Origin: Scenedesmus sp. PABB004
Taxonomy: Eukaryota
Direction of reading: 5' to 3'
DNA length: 64,000 nt
Assembly (NCBI GenBank): GCA_014905635.1
Contig: JABVCE010000014.1
Coordinates: forward strand, 930,001 to 994,000
Both the position numbers and the translations under genes were made by a program. The notes below the pieces were generated by a model. It was not told where the DNA came from and ran no database searches. It saw only the letters and a list, made by a program, of their open reading frames with translations. This document shows, piece after piece, positions 36,885 through 50,057 of this stretch (positions are counted from its first letter, which is position 1; each line of letters begins with the position of its first letter).

Positions 36885-39123
36885 TCAGTGCTCAGCCTCC
36901 TCGGCGATGCCCGGCAGCGCGCGGCCGCCGCGCGGCGCCGGCGGCGCGGCGGCCGCCGCCGCGCCGGCCACGCGCACGTGCTTGGGCGCCGGCTCGACGA
37001 CGCCGCCGCCGGCGCTGCCCTGCTGGCTGCCAAAGGCGGGGCCGCCGGGGCCGGGGCCGCCGCTGCCCTGGCTGCCGCTCGGAACCGCGCCGCCGCCGCT
37101 GCCGCCGGCAAAGAGGCTGCGCTTGCGGCTGCGGCCGCCGCTGCCGGCGTGCAGCGGCTGCGACCCGCCGGCGCCCTCGGGCCCGCTCGCGTCGCCGTCG
37201 CTGGCGCCCGCCGCCGCGTCGCCAAAGCAGACCCGCGCCGCGACGTCGGGCGCGAGCCCGCTGCCCGCGTCGCCCGCGCCGCCGGCGCACAGCAGGTCGC
37301 CCGCGCTGCCCGGCCGGCAGAGCGCGCCGCCGCCGCCGCCGCCGACGGCGCCGCCGCCGCCGCCGAGGTGCGGCGGCGGCCAGTCGCCGCTGGCGCCGCC
37401 GCCGCCGCCAAAGCCGGGCGGCGCGCCGGCGCTGCGCGGCTGGCGCCAGGGCGTGCCGGGGATGGTCGCGCCGAGGCGGGCCTTGGCCCAGTCCTCAAAC
37501 GCGGCCTTGAGCGCCGCGCACACGCGCTTGTCCGGGTCCTTGCTGTACACCCGGACCTTCTTGTCCTGATAGGGTGGGGGGCGTGGGTGCGCGTGCGTGT
37601 GTGCGTGTGTGGAAGGGGGGGGGGGTGTTTTTAGGAAAGGGCAGCAGCACAGCGAGCGCTGCCGCCGCGTGTGGCGCGGCGTGCGCGTCGCCCGCCGCCG
37701 GCGCCCGCCCACCCTCGACGCGGCCCCCAGCCCCCCCCCCCCCCTCCCTCTCACTCCCGCTCCCCTCACCTGGTACACTGTGCCGAGCATGCTGCTGACC
37801 TGCTGCTGGGGCATGTGGAAGGCCCTGTCCCCCACCGCCGCGTCCTGGGTCTGGTAGAAGCGCACGCCCGCCATGGGGTTGGACCCGCGCATGCCCTGGT
37901 CGATGTGCGTCTCACACACGATCACGTCCTCCGCACGCAGCTGCACCTGCGTGTGTGTGTGTGTGGGGGGGGGGTGCGGGGCAGGAGGGCCACAGGGAGT
38001 GTGTGCGGCGCGGGGCGGAGGCGGGTTTGGGGGTGGGTCGGCGCGGGGTGGCAGGGGGCAGCGCGGGGCGGCGCGGGGCGCAAGGGAGGGAGGACGAGCG
38101 GGGCCCCGCCGCGGCGCGCCACGCGTCGCCGCCGCCGCGCGGCGCGCGCACCCCGTCGTGCGCGGCCGACGAGGCGAAGCCGACGATCTCCTCCGCGCTG
38201 GGCGTGCCGCGGTAGCGCGCCTGCTGGCCCGGGTCGAGCGTGAGCTCCTGGACGTACTTGTACAGCCGCCGGCGGAACAGCGCGTCCAGCAGGCCCTGCG
38301 CCTGCGCGGTTGGAGCGGAGGGGAGGGCGAGGGGAGGGGAGGGGAGGGCAGGGGAGGGCAGGGGAGGGCAGGAGAGGGTGGGCAGGGGAGGGCAGGGGAG
38401 GGCGGCGGCACGCGCGGGGGTCGCGGGCGCGCGCGCGGCGGGACGGCGCGGCGCGGCGCGGCGCGGCGGCGGCGCCCGCGCGCCCCCGGCGCTGCGCGCG
38501 CGCGCACCTCGCGCACGGCTGCTGGGTTGTCGCAGTCGTCTGGGCGCAGCGAGGCGAGGCGCTGCAGCAGGGAGTCGTCCAGGTGGAGGTAGGCCGTCAG
38601 GTCGCCCTCCGCCACGGCGTCGCGCAGGCCCAGCGGCTCCTGGGAGATGCGGTGTGTGTGTGTGTGTGTGTGTGCGCGTGCGTGCGTGTGTGTGTGTGTG
38701 GGGGGGGGGGCAAGGTGGCCGCGCGCTCGGCCGTGCGGGGCGGCCAGCGGCGGGCCGCCGCTTTCGCCCGTGCGCGCCCACCTGCGCGAGCGCGAGCGCG
38801 TCGCAGACCATGAACTCGATCGACTTGACCTTCCTGGCAGCAGCACAAGTTCAGCGGCAGCGCGAGGCGGCGGCAGGGCCGCGGGTCAGCGGGCGCTGCG
38901 CGGCGCGCGGCGCGTGTGCGCGTGCGTGCGCGTCTACGCGCGTGTGCGCGTGCGCCGCGCGCGGGGTGTGCGCGCACTGGTGTGTGTAGACGCGGCGGTG
39001 CATCTCTGCGCGGCTCTGGAAGAGCCCGGTCGCGAGGTTGCTGTACTCGGTCATCTTGAAGATCACCTGCGTGTGTGGGGGGGGGAGGGTGTGTGTGTGT
39101 GTGGGGTGGGGGGGGGTGAGAGT

Positions 39124-39161
<38 letters not shown>

Positions 39162-39164
39162 ACA

Positions 39165-39218
<54 letters not shown>

Positions 39219-41252
39219 GAGAGAGCAGGGATCAAAGCTCCAGCGCGGTGTGCGGTCGCGTGCCCTGCATGCGGCCCGCGCGCGCCTGCGACGCGTCGCG
39301 GTCGAGCCTGCTGAAAAGCATGAGGCGCTCGTGGTCGAGCGGCACGCCCACGCCGCACATCTTGCTGTCGCGCAGCAGGTAGTCAAACTTGTCGACGTCG
39401 ATGCCGTTGCGCTTGTTGGCCACCTGGCGGCGTACGCGGTGCGCGGTGTGGGTGGGCCCGCGCGCGTGGGCGGGTGCGGGTGTGCGCGTGGGCGGGCGCG
39501 CGCTGCGGTCCGCGGCCGGGCGCGCGCCATCAGGCAAGCGGCGCGCGCACGATGTCAAACAGCCACGGCGCGTCGCGGTTGTGCGCGGCGGCGGCGGGGT
39601 TGGTGCTGCCGTGCATCAGCGCCTTGACCAGCGACGCGTCCGACTCGCTCAGCCCCGCCAGCGCCTGCGCGGCGGCGCGCGCGGCGCGGCGGCGGCGGCG
39701 CGTGCTGCGTCGCCCCCGCGTGCGCACGTGCGCCGCCGCCGCGTGCGCGCATGTGCCGCCGCTGCGGGCGGTGCGCCGCGTGCGCCGCGTGCGCCGCGTG
39801 CGTGCATGCGAGTGCCGCGTGCGCCGCGTGCGTGCATGCGAGTGCCGCGTGCGCCGCGTGCGTGCGTGCGTGTGAGCTGCGCGCCTGGAGGTCGATGTCG
39901 TTGTCGGCGTCGCCGCCGATGATGTGGTCAAAGATCCGATTGCTCATGGCCTCGTGGTGCCTGGGGGGGGGGGGCGGGGGGGCCCGGGGGAGGGGGGGGG
40001 GCGCGGGGCGCGGGGCGGCGCGGGCGCGGGGCGGCGCGGGCGCGGGGCGGCGCGGGCGCGGGGCGGGCGGGCAGGGGTGGCGTGCCAGCAGCCAGTTTGG
40101 GGGGCAAGCCAGCGGGGTTCACGGAGGAGGGGGCGGCGCGTCCCGGCGCGCGTGCGACCGGGCTCGCAGCGAGCGGCGCGGCGGCGGCGCACCACTCCCT
40201 GACGATGTCTGGGTTGCCTGGGAAGAGCTTTGGCAGCAGCTCCTTTTCAAACACGTGGCTGAACGGCCCGTGCCCGAGGTCGTGGCACAGCCCTGCGCGG
40301 CGGCACGCGGCGCCCGGGGTGGTGCGCGGGCTCGGCGGGTGCGCCGCCGCTGGCCGGCGGCGGCACGCGCGCGCGTGCGGCCCCCGCTGCCCCGTGCGCA
40401 AGAGGCGAAGCGCGGCGCGGCGCCCACCCGCGAGCTGCAGGACCGTGAGGCAGGCCCGGTCCTCGGGCTCAAAGTTCTTCAGCGTCCAGCCGTCGCTGTC
40501 GGGGCTGCCGCGGCTGCCGATGAGCTGCTGGCCCCACAGCGCTGCGGCGCGCGCGGGCGGCGAGGGCGCGGCGCGTGGGCCGCGCGCCGCGGCGGCGCGC
40601 CGGCGCCGCCGCCGCGCTGCCCGGGCGGCTCACTCGCGAGGTGCGCGACGCCCAGGCTGTGCTCGAAGCGGTTGTGGCTGGCTCCGGGGTAGATCTGCGA
40701 GGCGCGCGGGGGCGGGCGCCGGCGCGGCGCGGCCGCGGGTCGCGCGCGCTTTGCTTGCGCCGCCGCCGCGCGCTCGCGTGGCACGCTCGCCGGCGCTGCC
40801 GCCCGCCGCGCGGCCGGCGCCGCACGTAGTATGTGAGGCCGAGCTGCTTGAGGTGCCGCAGGCGCTGGAACTCGGGCGTGTCGATGATCGCGACGCTCGC
40901 GCGGTGCAGCAGGATGTGCCCTGCGCGGCCCCGCCGGCGCAGCAGCGGCAGCGCCGCCGGCGGCGGTTGGCGCGGCGCGGCGCGGCGAGGCGCGGCCGGC
41001 CGCGGCTGCGCCCAGACGCGCAGCAGCACCACAGCATGCCCGGAAGGCGCGCGTGGCGGCCGCCCGGCGGCGGCGCGGCGCGGCGCGGGGGCGGCGCGTG
41101 CCGCCGCTGCTGCTCCCGCCGCCACTCCGGCGCCGCCGGCCGGCGCGCGCACCGTGGATGTTGTCGTTGAAGGTCTTGGTGCGGCGGTGCTCCTCCTCCG
41201 CCTGGGCGTAGGAGTCCTGCTGCGACAGGGAGGGTGTGAAGGCCCGGTCCAT
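36885..41252 (-). CDS. SAMHD1: SAMHD1/VEN4-like HD-domain dNTP triphosphohydrolase
   Basis: FNDNIHGHI, IIDTPEFQRLRHLKQLG, YPGASHNRFEHSLGV, GLCHDLGHGPFSHVFE, IVANKRNGIDVDKFDYLLRD and RAEMHRRVYTH. No SAM domain seen. Confidence 0.95.
39127..39225. repeat. Compound (GT)n/(GA)n microsatellite in a SAMHD1 intron
   Basis: Adjacent gt and ga dinucleotide runs. Confidence 0.92.
39771..39870. repeat. Intronic tandem repeat (9-bp gtgcgccgc subunits inside a ~30-bp unit)
   Basis: gtgcgccgc repeats and two copies of gtgcgtgcatgcgagtgccgc. Confidence 0.8.
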
Positions 41253-41591
41253 CTTTCCCGCGTCGCCGCCGCGAGCGCCGCCGCGCCGCCGGGCGCCGGC
41301 GGCCGATCTGTGCGTGACCACCGGTCGGGGGAGTGGGCGTGGGCTGTGGCGGCGGAGGGGCGACCTCTTCCCTGTTCAAAGCACGCCGCTGCCGCACCGC
41401 CGCGCTGCACCGCCGCATGCGCCGCCCCGGCCGCCCCCCAGGCCGCCCGGCCTGCAGCAGCACAGCGCGGCGCACCTGGGCACTCACCGCAACCTGCCGC
41501 CGCACGTCCACGTCCAGCGCAGCGACGCAGCGACCGCCGCCGCTCCACGCAGCTGCTGCGGCCCGCGGCCTCGCCGGCGCAGCGCACCACC

Positions 41592-41944
41592 ATGGCGGGC
41601 GTGCGCGCGATCGGCTCCGCTGCCGACTGCGACGCGGCGCTGCGCGACGCGGGCAAGGTGCGCGCGCGGCGGCGCGCTGCTTGCGGCGGCGCGCTGCTTG
41701 CGGTCGTGGCGGCGCGGCAGGCGGCGCGATCGCGCGCCCGCGCCGGGCGCCCGCAGGCGGTGCTGTTCTTCTGGGCCAGCTGGAGCGCGCCGTGCGGGCA
41801 CATGGCGGGCGTGGTCGACGCGCTCGCGGCGGCGCACCCGGGGGTCGCCTTCCTGAAGGTGCGCGAGCGGCGGCGGCGGCGGGGGCAGCGGCGGCGGCGG
41901 CGGGGGCAGCGGCGGCGGCAGCGGCAACGGCAGCGGCGGCGGCA

Positions 41945-41989
<45 letters not shown>

Positions 41990-43839
41990 GCGGCGCAGCG
42001 CCGCCGAGCGCGTGCCGCCGACGCGGCGCACGCTCGCCCGCCCCCCTCCCTGCTGCGCGCGCCCCAGGTGGAGGCGGAGGAGGTGGACGCCGTGACGGAG
42101 CGCTTCGGCGTCACCACGGTGCCTTACTTTGTGCTGCTGCAGGTGCGCGGCCTGGGCGAGCAGCCCAGGCAGCGGCGCGGCGAGCAGCCCAGGCGGCGGC
42201 GCGGCGCGGCGGTGGGCAGCGCGCAGGCGGCGGCCGAGCGCGCCCCGCGCCCGCCCGCGCGCCGCCAGGCCGGCAAGGAGTGCGACCGCCTGGAGGGCGC
42301 CGACGCGCCGGGCCTGACCGAGCGCGTGTCGCGGCTCGCCGGCGCCGGCGCGCCCGCGCCGCCCTCTGCGCCGCCCGCCGCGCCGCCTGCGCCCGCGCCG
42401 CCCGCGCCGCCGGTGGACGTGCGGCGCCGCATCGAAGGCCTGCTGTCGTCGCCGCTCGTGCTGTTCCTCAAGGGCAGCGCGGCCGCGCCGTACTGCGGGT
42501 TCAGCCGCCGCGTCGTGGAGGCGCTGTCGGGCGCCGGCGCGGCGCCGGGGAGCTACGTCGACGTCGACATCCTGCGGGACGAGGAGCTCAGGCGCGGCGG
42601 CGCGGCGGCGGCGGCACGGCGGCACAGCGGCGCGGCGGCACAGCAGCGCTGCGGCGCGGCGCGCGCGGGCGGCGCGGCGCCGCCGCGGCAGCGGCAGCGG
42701 CCGCGACGCGTCCGCGCGCGTCCGCGCGCCGTCCCGCATGGTGGTGTGCGCGCAGGCAGGCGCTCAAGGAGTACAGCAACTGGCCGACATACCCACAGGT
42801 GCGCACCGCCGCGTGCCGCCGCGCCGCCGCCGCGCTCCCGCGCCGCGCGCTGCGCCCGCGCCCCGCGCGCTCCCACGCCCCGCGCGCTCCCGCGCCCGCT
42901 GCCGCCGCGGCGCGCAGCTCTACGTCGGCGGCGAGCTCGTGGGCGGCTGCGACATCGTCGGCGAGATGGCGGCCAGCGGGGAGCTCAAGGCGCTGCTGCA
43001 GGAAAAGGCGCCCGCATCGCTCGCGCCACCGCCAAAGCAGGCGCGCGTGCGCGGCCGCGCGCGTGCGTGGAGCGCCGGCCGCTGCAAGCCTCAGCCCTGC
43101 GTGCGCGCCGCGGCCGCCAGCTCACGCGCGCGCGCGCCCGTGCCGCCGCCGCCGCCGCGCCCGCCAGGCGCCGCCGCCGCCGGCGGCGCCCGCGCCGCTG
43201 AGCGCTTCCGAGCGCGCGCGCCTGGTGGGCCTGACGCAGCAGGCGCCGGTGATGCTCTTTATGAAGGGCACTCCAGAGGTGCGGCGGGTCCAGGGAGGGT
43301 TCAGGGGCCTGCCTGAACCCTGGGGGCCCGGGGCAGCGTCGCGCCCGGCCTGCTGTCACCGCCCCCCCCCTGGCCCGCGCGGCCCCGCTCGCCGCGCAAG
43401 CCCTCCGCCCCGCTCGTCGCCGCCGCCGCCGCCGCCGCGCGCCGCGCCGCTGTGCGCAGGCGCCGCGCTGCGGGTTCAGCCGCAAGGTCGCCGAGGCGCT
43501 GACGAGCGCGGGCGTGGGCTTTGGGTCATTCGACATTTTGACCGACGAGGGCGTGCGGCAGGGGCTCAAGCAGCTCAGCGAGTGGCCGACATACCCCCAG
43601 GCACGCGCCGCGGCGCCGCCGCTGGGTGCACGCGCAGGCTCCACGGGCGCCGCGGGCGCCGCCGCTGCGACGCGCCGGGCGCGGCCCGACCCGCCGGCGC
43701 CCCCGCTCTGGGCGCCGCGCAGGTGTACGTGCGCGGCGAGCTGCTGGGCGGGTGCGACATCGTGCTGGACATGGCCGCCGGCGGCGAGCTCAAGGGCAAC
43801 GTGGAGGAGATGCTGCACCGCATGCAGGACACCAGCTGA
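41592..43839 (+). CDS. GRXS17: Multidomain monothiol glutaredoxin (Trx-like plus two CGFS Grx domains; GRXS17/PICOT)
   Basis: [64 protein letters not shown] and [21 protein letters not shown]. Confidence 0.93.
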
Positions 43840-44462
43840 GCGCCGCCGGCAGCGGCGGCGGCGCGCGCGCGCGGCCGCCGCACGGCCGGCGGTCGCGGCG
43901 CGCGGGGCTCTGGCGGCGGGGCGGCGCGCGCCGCGCGGTGGGTCGTGCTGCGCCTCGGCGTGACGCCGCGGTGGCGTGGTGGTTCCGGGCGGCTGGGGCG
44001 GTGGTGGCTGCGCTGGCCCGAGGGGCGCGCGGAGCTGCTGCTGCGTGGGGGGCCGCCGGGTGAGGAGTGTTTAATTCGCCGCGCCGCGGGTCAATGATGA
44101 GCCTCACGCGCGCCTGCCAATGCGGCACGCGCACGCCACGCTGCGCGCGCTGCCGCGCATCGAGGAAAAACCTACGCAAAATGGCAACGGGCGGGGCCGC
44201 AGCGACCCAGGGCGGGCGGCGGCGCGCGTGCCGCGCGCCCGCCGCCCCGCCCACCCGCGGCCGACCAGCAAACCGATTTCACCGCCGCCCGCGCTGGCTG
44301 CGGCTGCTGCCGGGCGGCAGCATGCGCCCGCCCCCGCGCCCCGCGCCCCGGCCCGGCGCACCCGCCGCCGCGCGGCTTATCCGCACGAGGGTTGAGCTCG
44401 GTGACCGCGCGGGGGGTCCAACAGCCCGCCAGTCAACGGCGCGCGCAGTCAGGGGCGCGTCA

Positions 44463-47358
44463 TCAGTCAAAGATGCGCTCGCCGGTTGAGAAGAGGTTCC
44501 AGACCACCGTGCCGACCAGGTACAGCGCGACGGCGACGCGCCAGACGTCGGCCCACGTCCCGTGCGCGAGCAGCCAGCCCGTCGCGAGGCTGCCGAGCAC
44601 GCCCGCGAGCACGCCGGCGGTGTTGGAGAGCCCGAGCAGCACGCCGGCGTAGCGGGGGCCGATGTCCTGGTGGTTGGAGTAGAGCCCCGACTGGCTGAAC
44701 GCGTCAAAGCCCTGCGCGCCCATCATGCACGCGACCGCCTGGGGCAGCGTGTTGACGTGGCTCAGCAGGCTCAGGCAGACGGCGGGCCCCAGGAAGCCGG
44801 CGGACTGCATGACCTTCCGCACAAGCGTCACGCTCACGCCGCGCGCGACCATGCTGTCCGCGAGCCAGCCGCCCACGTTGGCCGCGACCGCCATGGTCAT
44901 CCAGGGCAGCACGCTGAACACGCCGCTCTTGAAGATGTCGCACCCGAGCACCTGCCGCGCCACGGCGGGGGCGCGGGCGCAGCGCGGGCGTGAGGCGGGC
45001 GGCCGTGGCGGCGCGCCGCGCGTGCCTCGGCGCGCCGCCGCAGCCGGCCGCGGCCGCGTGGCCGCCACCGCCCAGCCGGCGCGTGGGCGCGGCCGTCGGC
45101 CCTGGTCGTCGGCCCTGGTCGTCGCACCTGGTTGTAGTAAGTCGGCATCCATGTGAGCAGGATGAAGGTGCCCCAGTTGTGGCAGAAGTGGCAGACGATG
45201 ATGGCCCACACCTCGCGCCGGCTCAGCAGAGCGCGCCAGGGGATGGCGTCGGTCGACTTGCCGCTCACGCTCGTGTTGGCCAGGATGTAGGCCTGTTGGT
45301 GGGCGGGCGGGTGGGTGGGTGGGGTGGTGGTGGGGGGGGGGGGGTGGGCGCAAGGAGGGAGGGGGCAGGGAGGGAGGGGGCGCGCGTGAGCCAGGGCGCG
45401 CGGGCCCAAGTGGGCGGCGGCCGGGCGACAACGGGCGCAGCGCGGCGCGGCGCAGCGCAGGCGCCGGCGCCCCCCCCCCCCCCCCGCGCCGCAGTGCCCG
45501 CCGCGCGCGGGCACCTTCTCTGCGTTGCTGATGCGCGGGTCGTCCGCGGGCGTCGACGCGGCGCGCGCGCGCCACACGGCGTACCAGAGCAGGCCGAGGC
45601 CGCCGAAGCCGTAAAATACGGAGGGCCACCCCGCCGACGCGATGAGCGCGGGCGAGAGGGACAGCCCAGCAATGGAGCCAATGAACATGCCGCTGTAGAC
45701 CAGCGCCAGGCTGCGGCTGCGCTCAGCGACCGGCACCCACCTGGCGCGGGCGCGGCGCAGTGGTGCGGCGGCGCGGACGCGCGTGAGCCCCGGCGGCGCG
45801 TGAGCGGCGGCGGCGCGCGCGCCCCGGCGCGGGAGGGCGGGGCCTGCACGTGGGGGGGCCGCCGGCGCGCCGGCGCGCCGCCGCCGCGCGGGGCCTCGTC
45901 GCGCGCGCGCAGGCCCCTCGCAGCGCACGGGGGCCCCCTCACCTGCTGAGCAGGTTATTCATCGCCGGCATGGCCACGCCCTCGCCGATGCCCATGAGCG
46001 CGCGCGCGGCGAGCAGCGCGGGCAGGCCCGCCTGCGCCGCGAGCGGCGTGAGCGCGGTCGCGGCGGACCACCAGACCACGCCCAGGCCGAGGACGAGCTT
46101 GCCGCCAAAGCGGTCCGCCCAGATGCCGCCGAGGACTTGCGTCAGCAGGTAGCCCCTGGGGGAGGACGTGCGCGGGAGGGGGGGGGGGGGGGGGGCAGGG
46201 CGGCGGCGGCGTGAGCGCGGGTGCCCGCCGCGCGCGCGTGCGAGCGCTTGCCGACGCCGCCCCGGGTGGACGCGGCCGGCGCCGCGGCGTCGCGGCGGCG
46301 GGGCAGCTGGCCCGGGTCGACCGCGCAGGTGCCGGAGCAGACGGCACCTGGACGCCACCCGGGCCAGCTGCCCAGCCACCGGACCGCCGCCCACGGGCAC
46401 CGCTGCTGCTATCTGTGCACGCGCCGCTGCCGCCGCCGCCCCGCCGCCGCCCCGCCGCCGCCGCCCGCGCGCCGCCGTTCCGCCGCTGCCGCTGCCGCCC
46501 CGCCGCCGCCGCCGCCGCCCCGCCGCCGCCTGCCGCCCGCCGCCCCGCCGCCGCCTGCCGCGCGACGCACCAGAAGAAGCTGCTCTGCACGAGCCCCACG
46601 GTCGTGCTGGACCAGCCGTACTGCGCGGCCATGGGGAGCACTGCGATGGACATGTTGACCCGGTCCATGTTGCAGAGCATGAACGCGACAAAGCACAGCA
46701 GCACCATGCTCCACCGCCGCCGCCAGCCGCTCAGGCCCTCCAGGAACTGGGCGCGCGCGGGAGGGAGGGAGCGGGGCGGGGTGGGCGGGCGGGTCGTCGG
46801 AGGAGGGAGGCGGGAGGAGGGACGCGGGCGCGGCGCGGCGCGGCGCGGCGGGCGGACCTGCGGCGCGCCGCCCTTGCCGAGCAGGCCGTCGTCGCCGGCG
46901 GACGCAAACGTCGCGCGCGGTGGCGGCAGCAGCGCGCCCGCGCGCGCGCCGGCGCCGCCGGGCGGGCCGAGCAGCGGCCGCGGCGGCGCGCGCGCGCCCG
47001 CCGGCGGCGCCGGGTGCCGCTGCACCGCGCAGCGACCGCCGCCGCTGCTGCAGCTGCCGCCAGCAGCGCGCCCGAGCGCCAGCGGCGTCTGCTGGCTGCG
47101 GCACGCGCCTCTGCTGCTGCAGAGAGGGCCGCCGCTGCCGCCGCTGCCGACGGCACCGGCCAGGCCCCGCCGCGGCACGAGCGGGCAGCGCCGGCCGGCG
47201 CCGCGTTGCTGCAGCAGCAGCGCCTGCGGCGACGGCGGGCGCGGCGGGTGGGCTGCGGCGCGGCGCGGCGGCGCGGCCGGGCGGGGCGCGGCGGCCGCGG
47301 CGCGCGGCCGCACCTGCGCGGCGCGCTGCGGCGCGGCGGCCGCGAGCGCCGCCTGCAT
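44463..47358 (-). CDS. PHT4: PHT4/ANTR (SLC17) plastid anion/phosphate transporter
   Basis: LCNMDRVNMSIA, VQSSFFWGYLLTQ, GIGEGVAMPAMNNLLSRWVP, HFCHNWGTFILLTWMPTYY and GLYSNHQDIGPRYAG. Confidence 0.93.
46294..46380 (-). ncRNA. Candidate intronic pre-miRNA-like hairpin
   Basis: Perfect 17-bp arm pair 46301-46317/46357-46373, an inner 9-bp stem and a 7-nt loop, inside the 415-nt PHT4 intron. Confidence 0.45.
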
Positions 47359-48509
47359 CGCGCTTGGCGGTCTGGGACGGCCTGGGGGGGCGGGGGGCGC
47401 GGCGGCGCGGGCGGGGCGCGTGATCGGCGGCCTGTGCGGCCGGTGCGGCCACCTGCTGCTGCTGCGCGCGCGCTGGCGGGCGCGCCCCGGTCGCGGCAGC
47501 CACGCTGCGCCGCGCATTGCGAGCGCACGGGCGTCCCGCCGCGCCCCGGCAGCGAGCGCGCGTGCGCAGCCAAAATGCTGCGCACCTCGGAGCGACCAGC
47601 GAGGCCGCTCCGCTCGCAGCAAGCTCCACGCGCGCTGCCGCCGCGAGTGTGTGATGGATACGTCAAACGCAGCGCCTGGGCGATGTGGGAGCGGGCGCCG
47701 AGCGACGTGCGCGAGAGGACAGCAACCCCTGGCTGCTGCTGCTGCTCGGGCCTCGCGTGCTGCTGGCCGCGCGTGCGGCGGTGAACGTGGGGGCAGGGGG
47801 CGCAGACAGTGGCGAGCCACGGCAGCGCCCCGCAAGCTGGGTGGTGTGGCGGCAGGTCGCCGTTACGTGCGCCGCCGGCGAGCGCGCGGACGCGCCGAGC
47901 GCGCCAAGCAGCAGCGACCCACAAGCCAGACACAGGCAGGCAACAAAGCAGAAACGCGCATGGGACCCGGCGCCGCGCGCGCGCCCCCGGCCGCCAGCGC
48001 GGAGGTGTCGGGGCGCGCGCGCCGCGCCGGCCTGCATGCGCCGCCGCCCACACACGGACAGCCACACCCAACCCACGCTCGTCAAAAGTGGTCGGTCACG
48101 GCTGCCGCCAGACCATGGGCGGGCCCGGCAATCGCCGGGCCGGGTCAACGAGGGCCAATCGGTCGGTCAGGGTGCAGAGCCTGCGCCAGCAGTTGGGTGG
48201 TCATCTTGCAGCGCCCGCGGTCAAAGGGCGGGCGTGCGCACACCCCTGCGAGCCGGCCGGGCCGGCCGAGCGGCCGCGGCGGCGCGGCGGTGGCCGCGCC
48301 GCCGCGGGCGCCTCGCAGGGCAGTCCTGGCTTGCTGCTGCTGCTAACCTGCTGCGCGAGCCACGCGCACGGACGCAACCTGAACTGAACTAGAGCCACCG
48401 CGCCAGCTAGGGAGGGGGCGGCTCGCCCCAGGCACGCACGCACACACGCACACAAGCATCCGCGCCGCACGCTTATTGATTGCTCCCGATCGATCGCTCG
48501 CTCGCACGC

Positions 48510-49740
48510 TCACTCTGAGGAGCGGTGGTGCGCAAACGCCATGATCTCAACGGCGCCGCCGCGCGGCCGCTCCTTGCCGGCCGCGCCCGCCTCGCCCGCG
48601 CCCGCGCCCGCGGCGCCGGCGCTCGCCGCCGCGGCGCCGGGCCTGGGCGGCGCGACGAGCTTGATGGCGCCGCGCACGATCTTGACAAACCAGAGCGTGT
48701 TGAGGGCGAACAGCACGACCGGCACGCCGAGCAGGAGCAGCAGCGCGTGCAGCGGGATGCCCGCGAGGTGGTCAAAGTTGGCCGCGACGTGGGCGGCAAA
48801 CGGCGCGAAGGCCGCGACGCGCGCGACGCCCCACACGAGCAGCAGGCACAGGCCGTTGACCTTGTACGCGGCGAGGTCGCGGCGGCCGGCCTTGTCCATC
48901 CACCAACGAACGTTCACGCACGGCGTGGTGGCCTCGCTGAGCAGCACCGCGAGCAGGTACACGTGCGCCACGCGCGCCTGCGCCGCGGTCGCGAGGCTGA
49001 GCAGGGCGAGGCCGTGGTGCAGCACCATCTCGGCGCTGGCGATGGCGGGGTGTCCCGCGAGGAGGGCGAGGTCCATCGCAAAGTAGCCGCCGCTCAGGCC
49101 GACGACCGCAAATGACAGACCGCTCGTCCGCAGCACGCCCGGCGTGCCCGGCGCGTCGGCAAACTCCGCCGCGACCGCGAGCGACCACAGACCCAGCGCG
49201 ACGACGACGACCGCGTGCAGCGTCGACGGCAGGCGGCTGTCCCAGTCGGCCTGCTCCGACGCGCTCAGGCGCCGGTAGTTGGCGCACAGCCGCGGCGAGA
49301 GCAGCGCGCTGGCCTTGAACGCGAGCGAGTAGGTCACCGCCGACAGCAGCGCTGCGGCGGCGCGGCGTGGCGTGGCGTGGGTGGGGCACGTCGGCGGCGC
49401 TGCGCCGGCGGCGGCAGCGGCATGCGCGGCGTGCCGCGAGCACACCTGCTGCGCCCGCTATCTGCAGCATGTCGTCGTCCGTGATGAAGGCCAGCACTGC
49501 GCGCGGCGGGCGGCGGCGGGCGGCAGCGGCGCTGAATGGCAGCTGGCGCCCACGGCCAGCGCGAGTGCGGGGCGCTGCGAGCACGGCCCAGGCCTGGGGC
49601 GCCGGTCCACAGACCGCTTCAGCAGCAACACCGGCCGTGCGGGCGGCCGAGCGCGCGCTGGGGTGCGGCGCTGCCTCACTGCTGTCCGGGCCGGCCGCAG
49701 CGCGGGTCACACCCTCGCTGGCGTCCGCGAGCCAGGCCAT
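48510..49740 (-). CDS. TLC (TRAM/LAG1/CLN8) domain protein, TMEM56-like
   Basis: WDSRLPSTLHA, GYFAMDL, MVLHH, SEATTPCVNVRWWMDKAG, WGVARV and LNTLWFVKIVRG. Confidence 0.88.
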
Positions 49741-50057
49741 GGCCGCCCCGCCCGTCGCCCGTCGCCCAGGCTGGGCCGCTTGCTCTGCGGCGGAGTGGAG
49801 CTGCTGAGAGACGCCCGCTGCCTCGAGCAGCTTCTGCGCCTGCCTGCGAGGCGCTTGCGCACGGGAGGAGCGCTGGGAGTGGTGCGGGGAGCTGGGAACG
49901 GGGGGCTGGGTGCGAGTGCGGCCGCGCGGCGGCGCAAACCGCCTGCCGCCTAGTCACGCGCGACGTCGGCGCGGGCGCGGTCCCACGCCTCTGTTGGCGC
50001 GTTCCACGCTGCTGCATGCACGCCCGTGCACAGCCCATCACCCCCAGTGCAGTGCGC

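Noticed and set aside
39771..39870. Tandem repeats as a CRISPR-like array
   Set aside because: No unique spacers. It is an intronic minisatellite in a eukaryotic gene.
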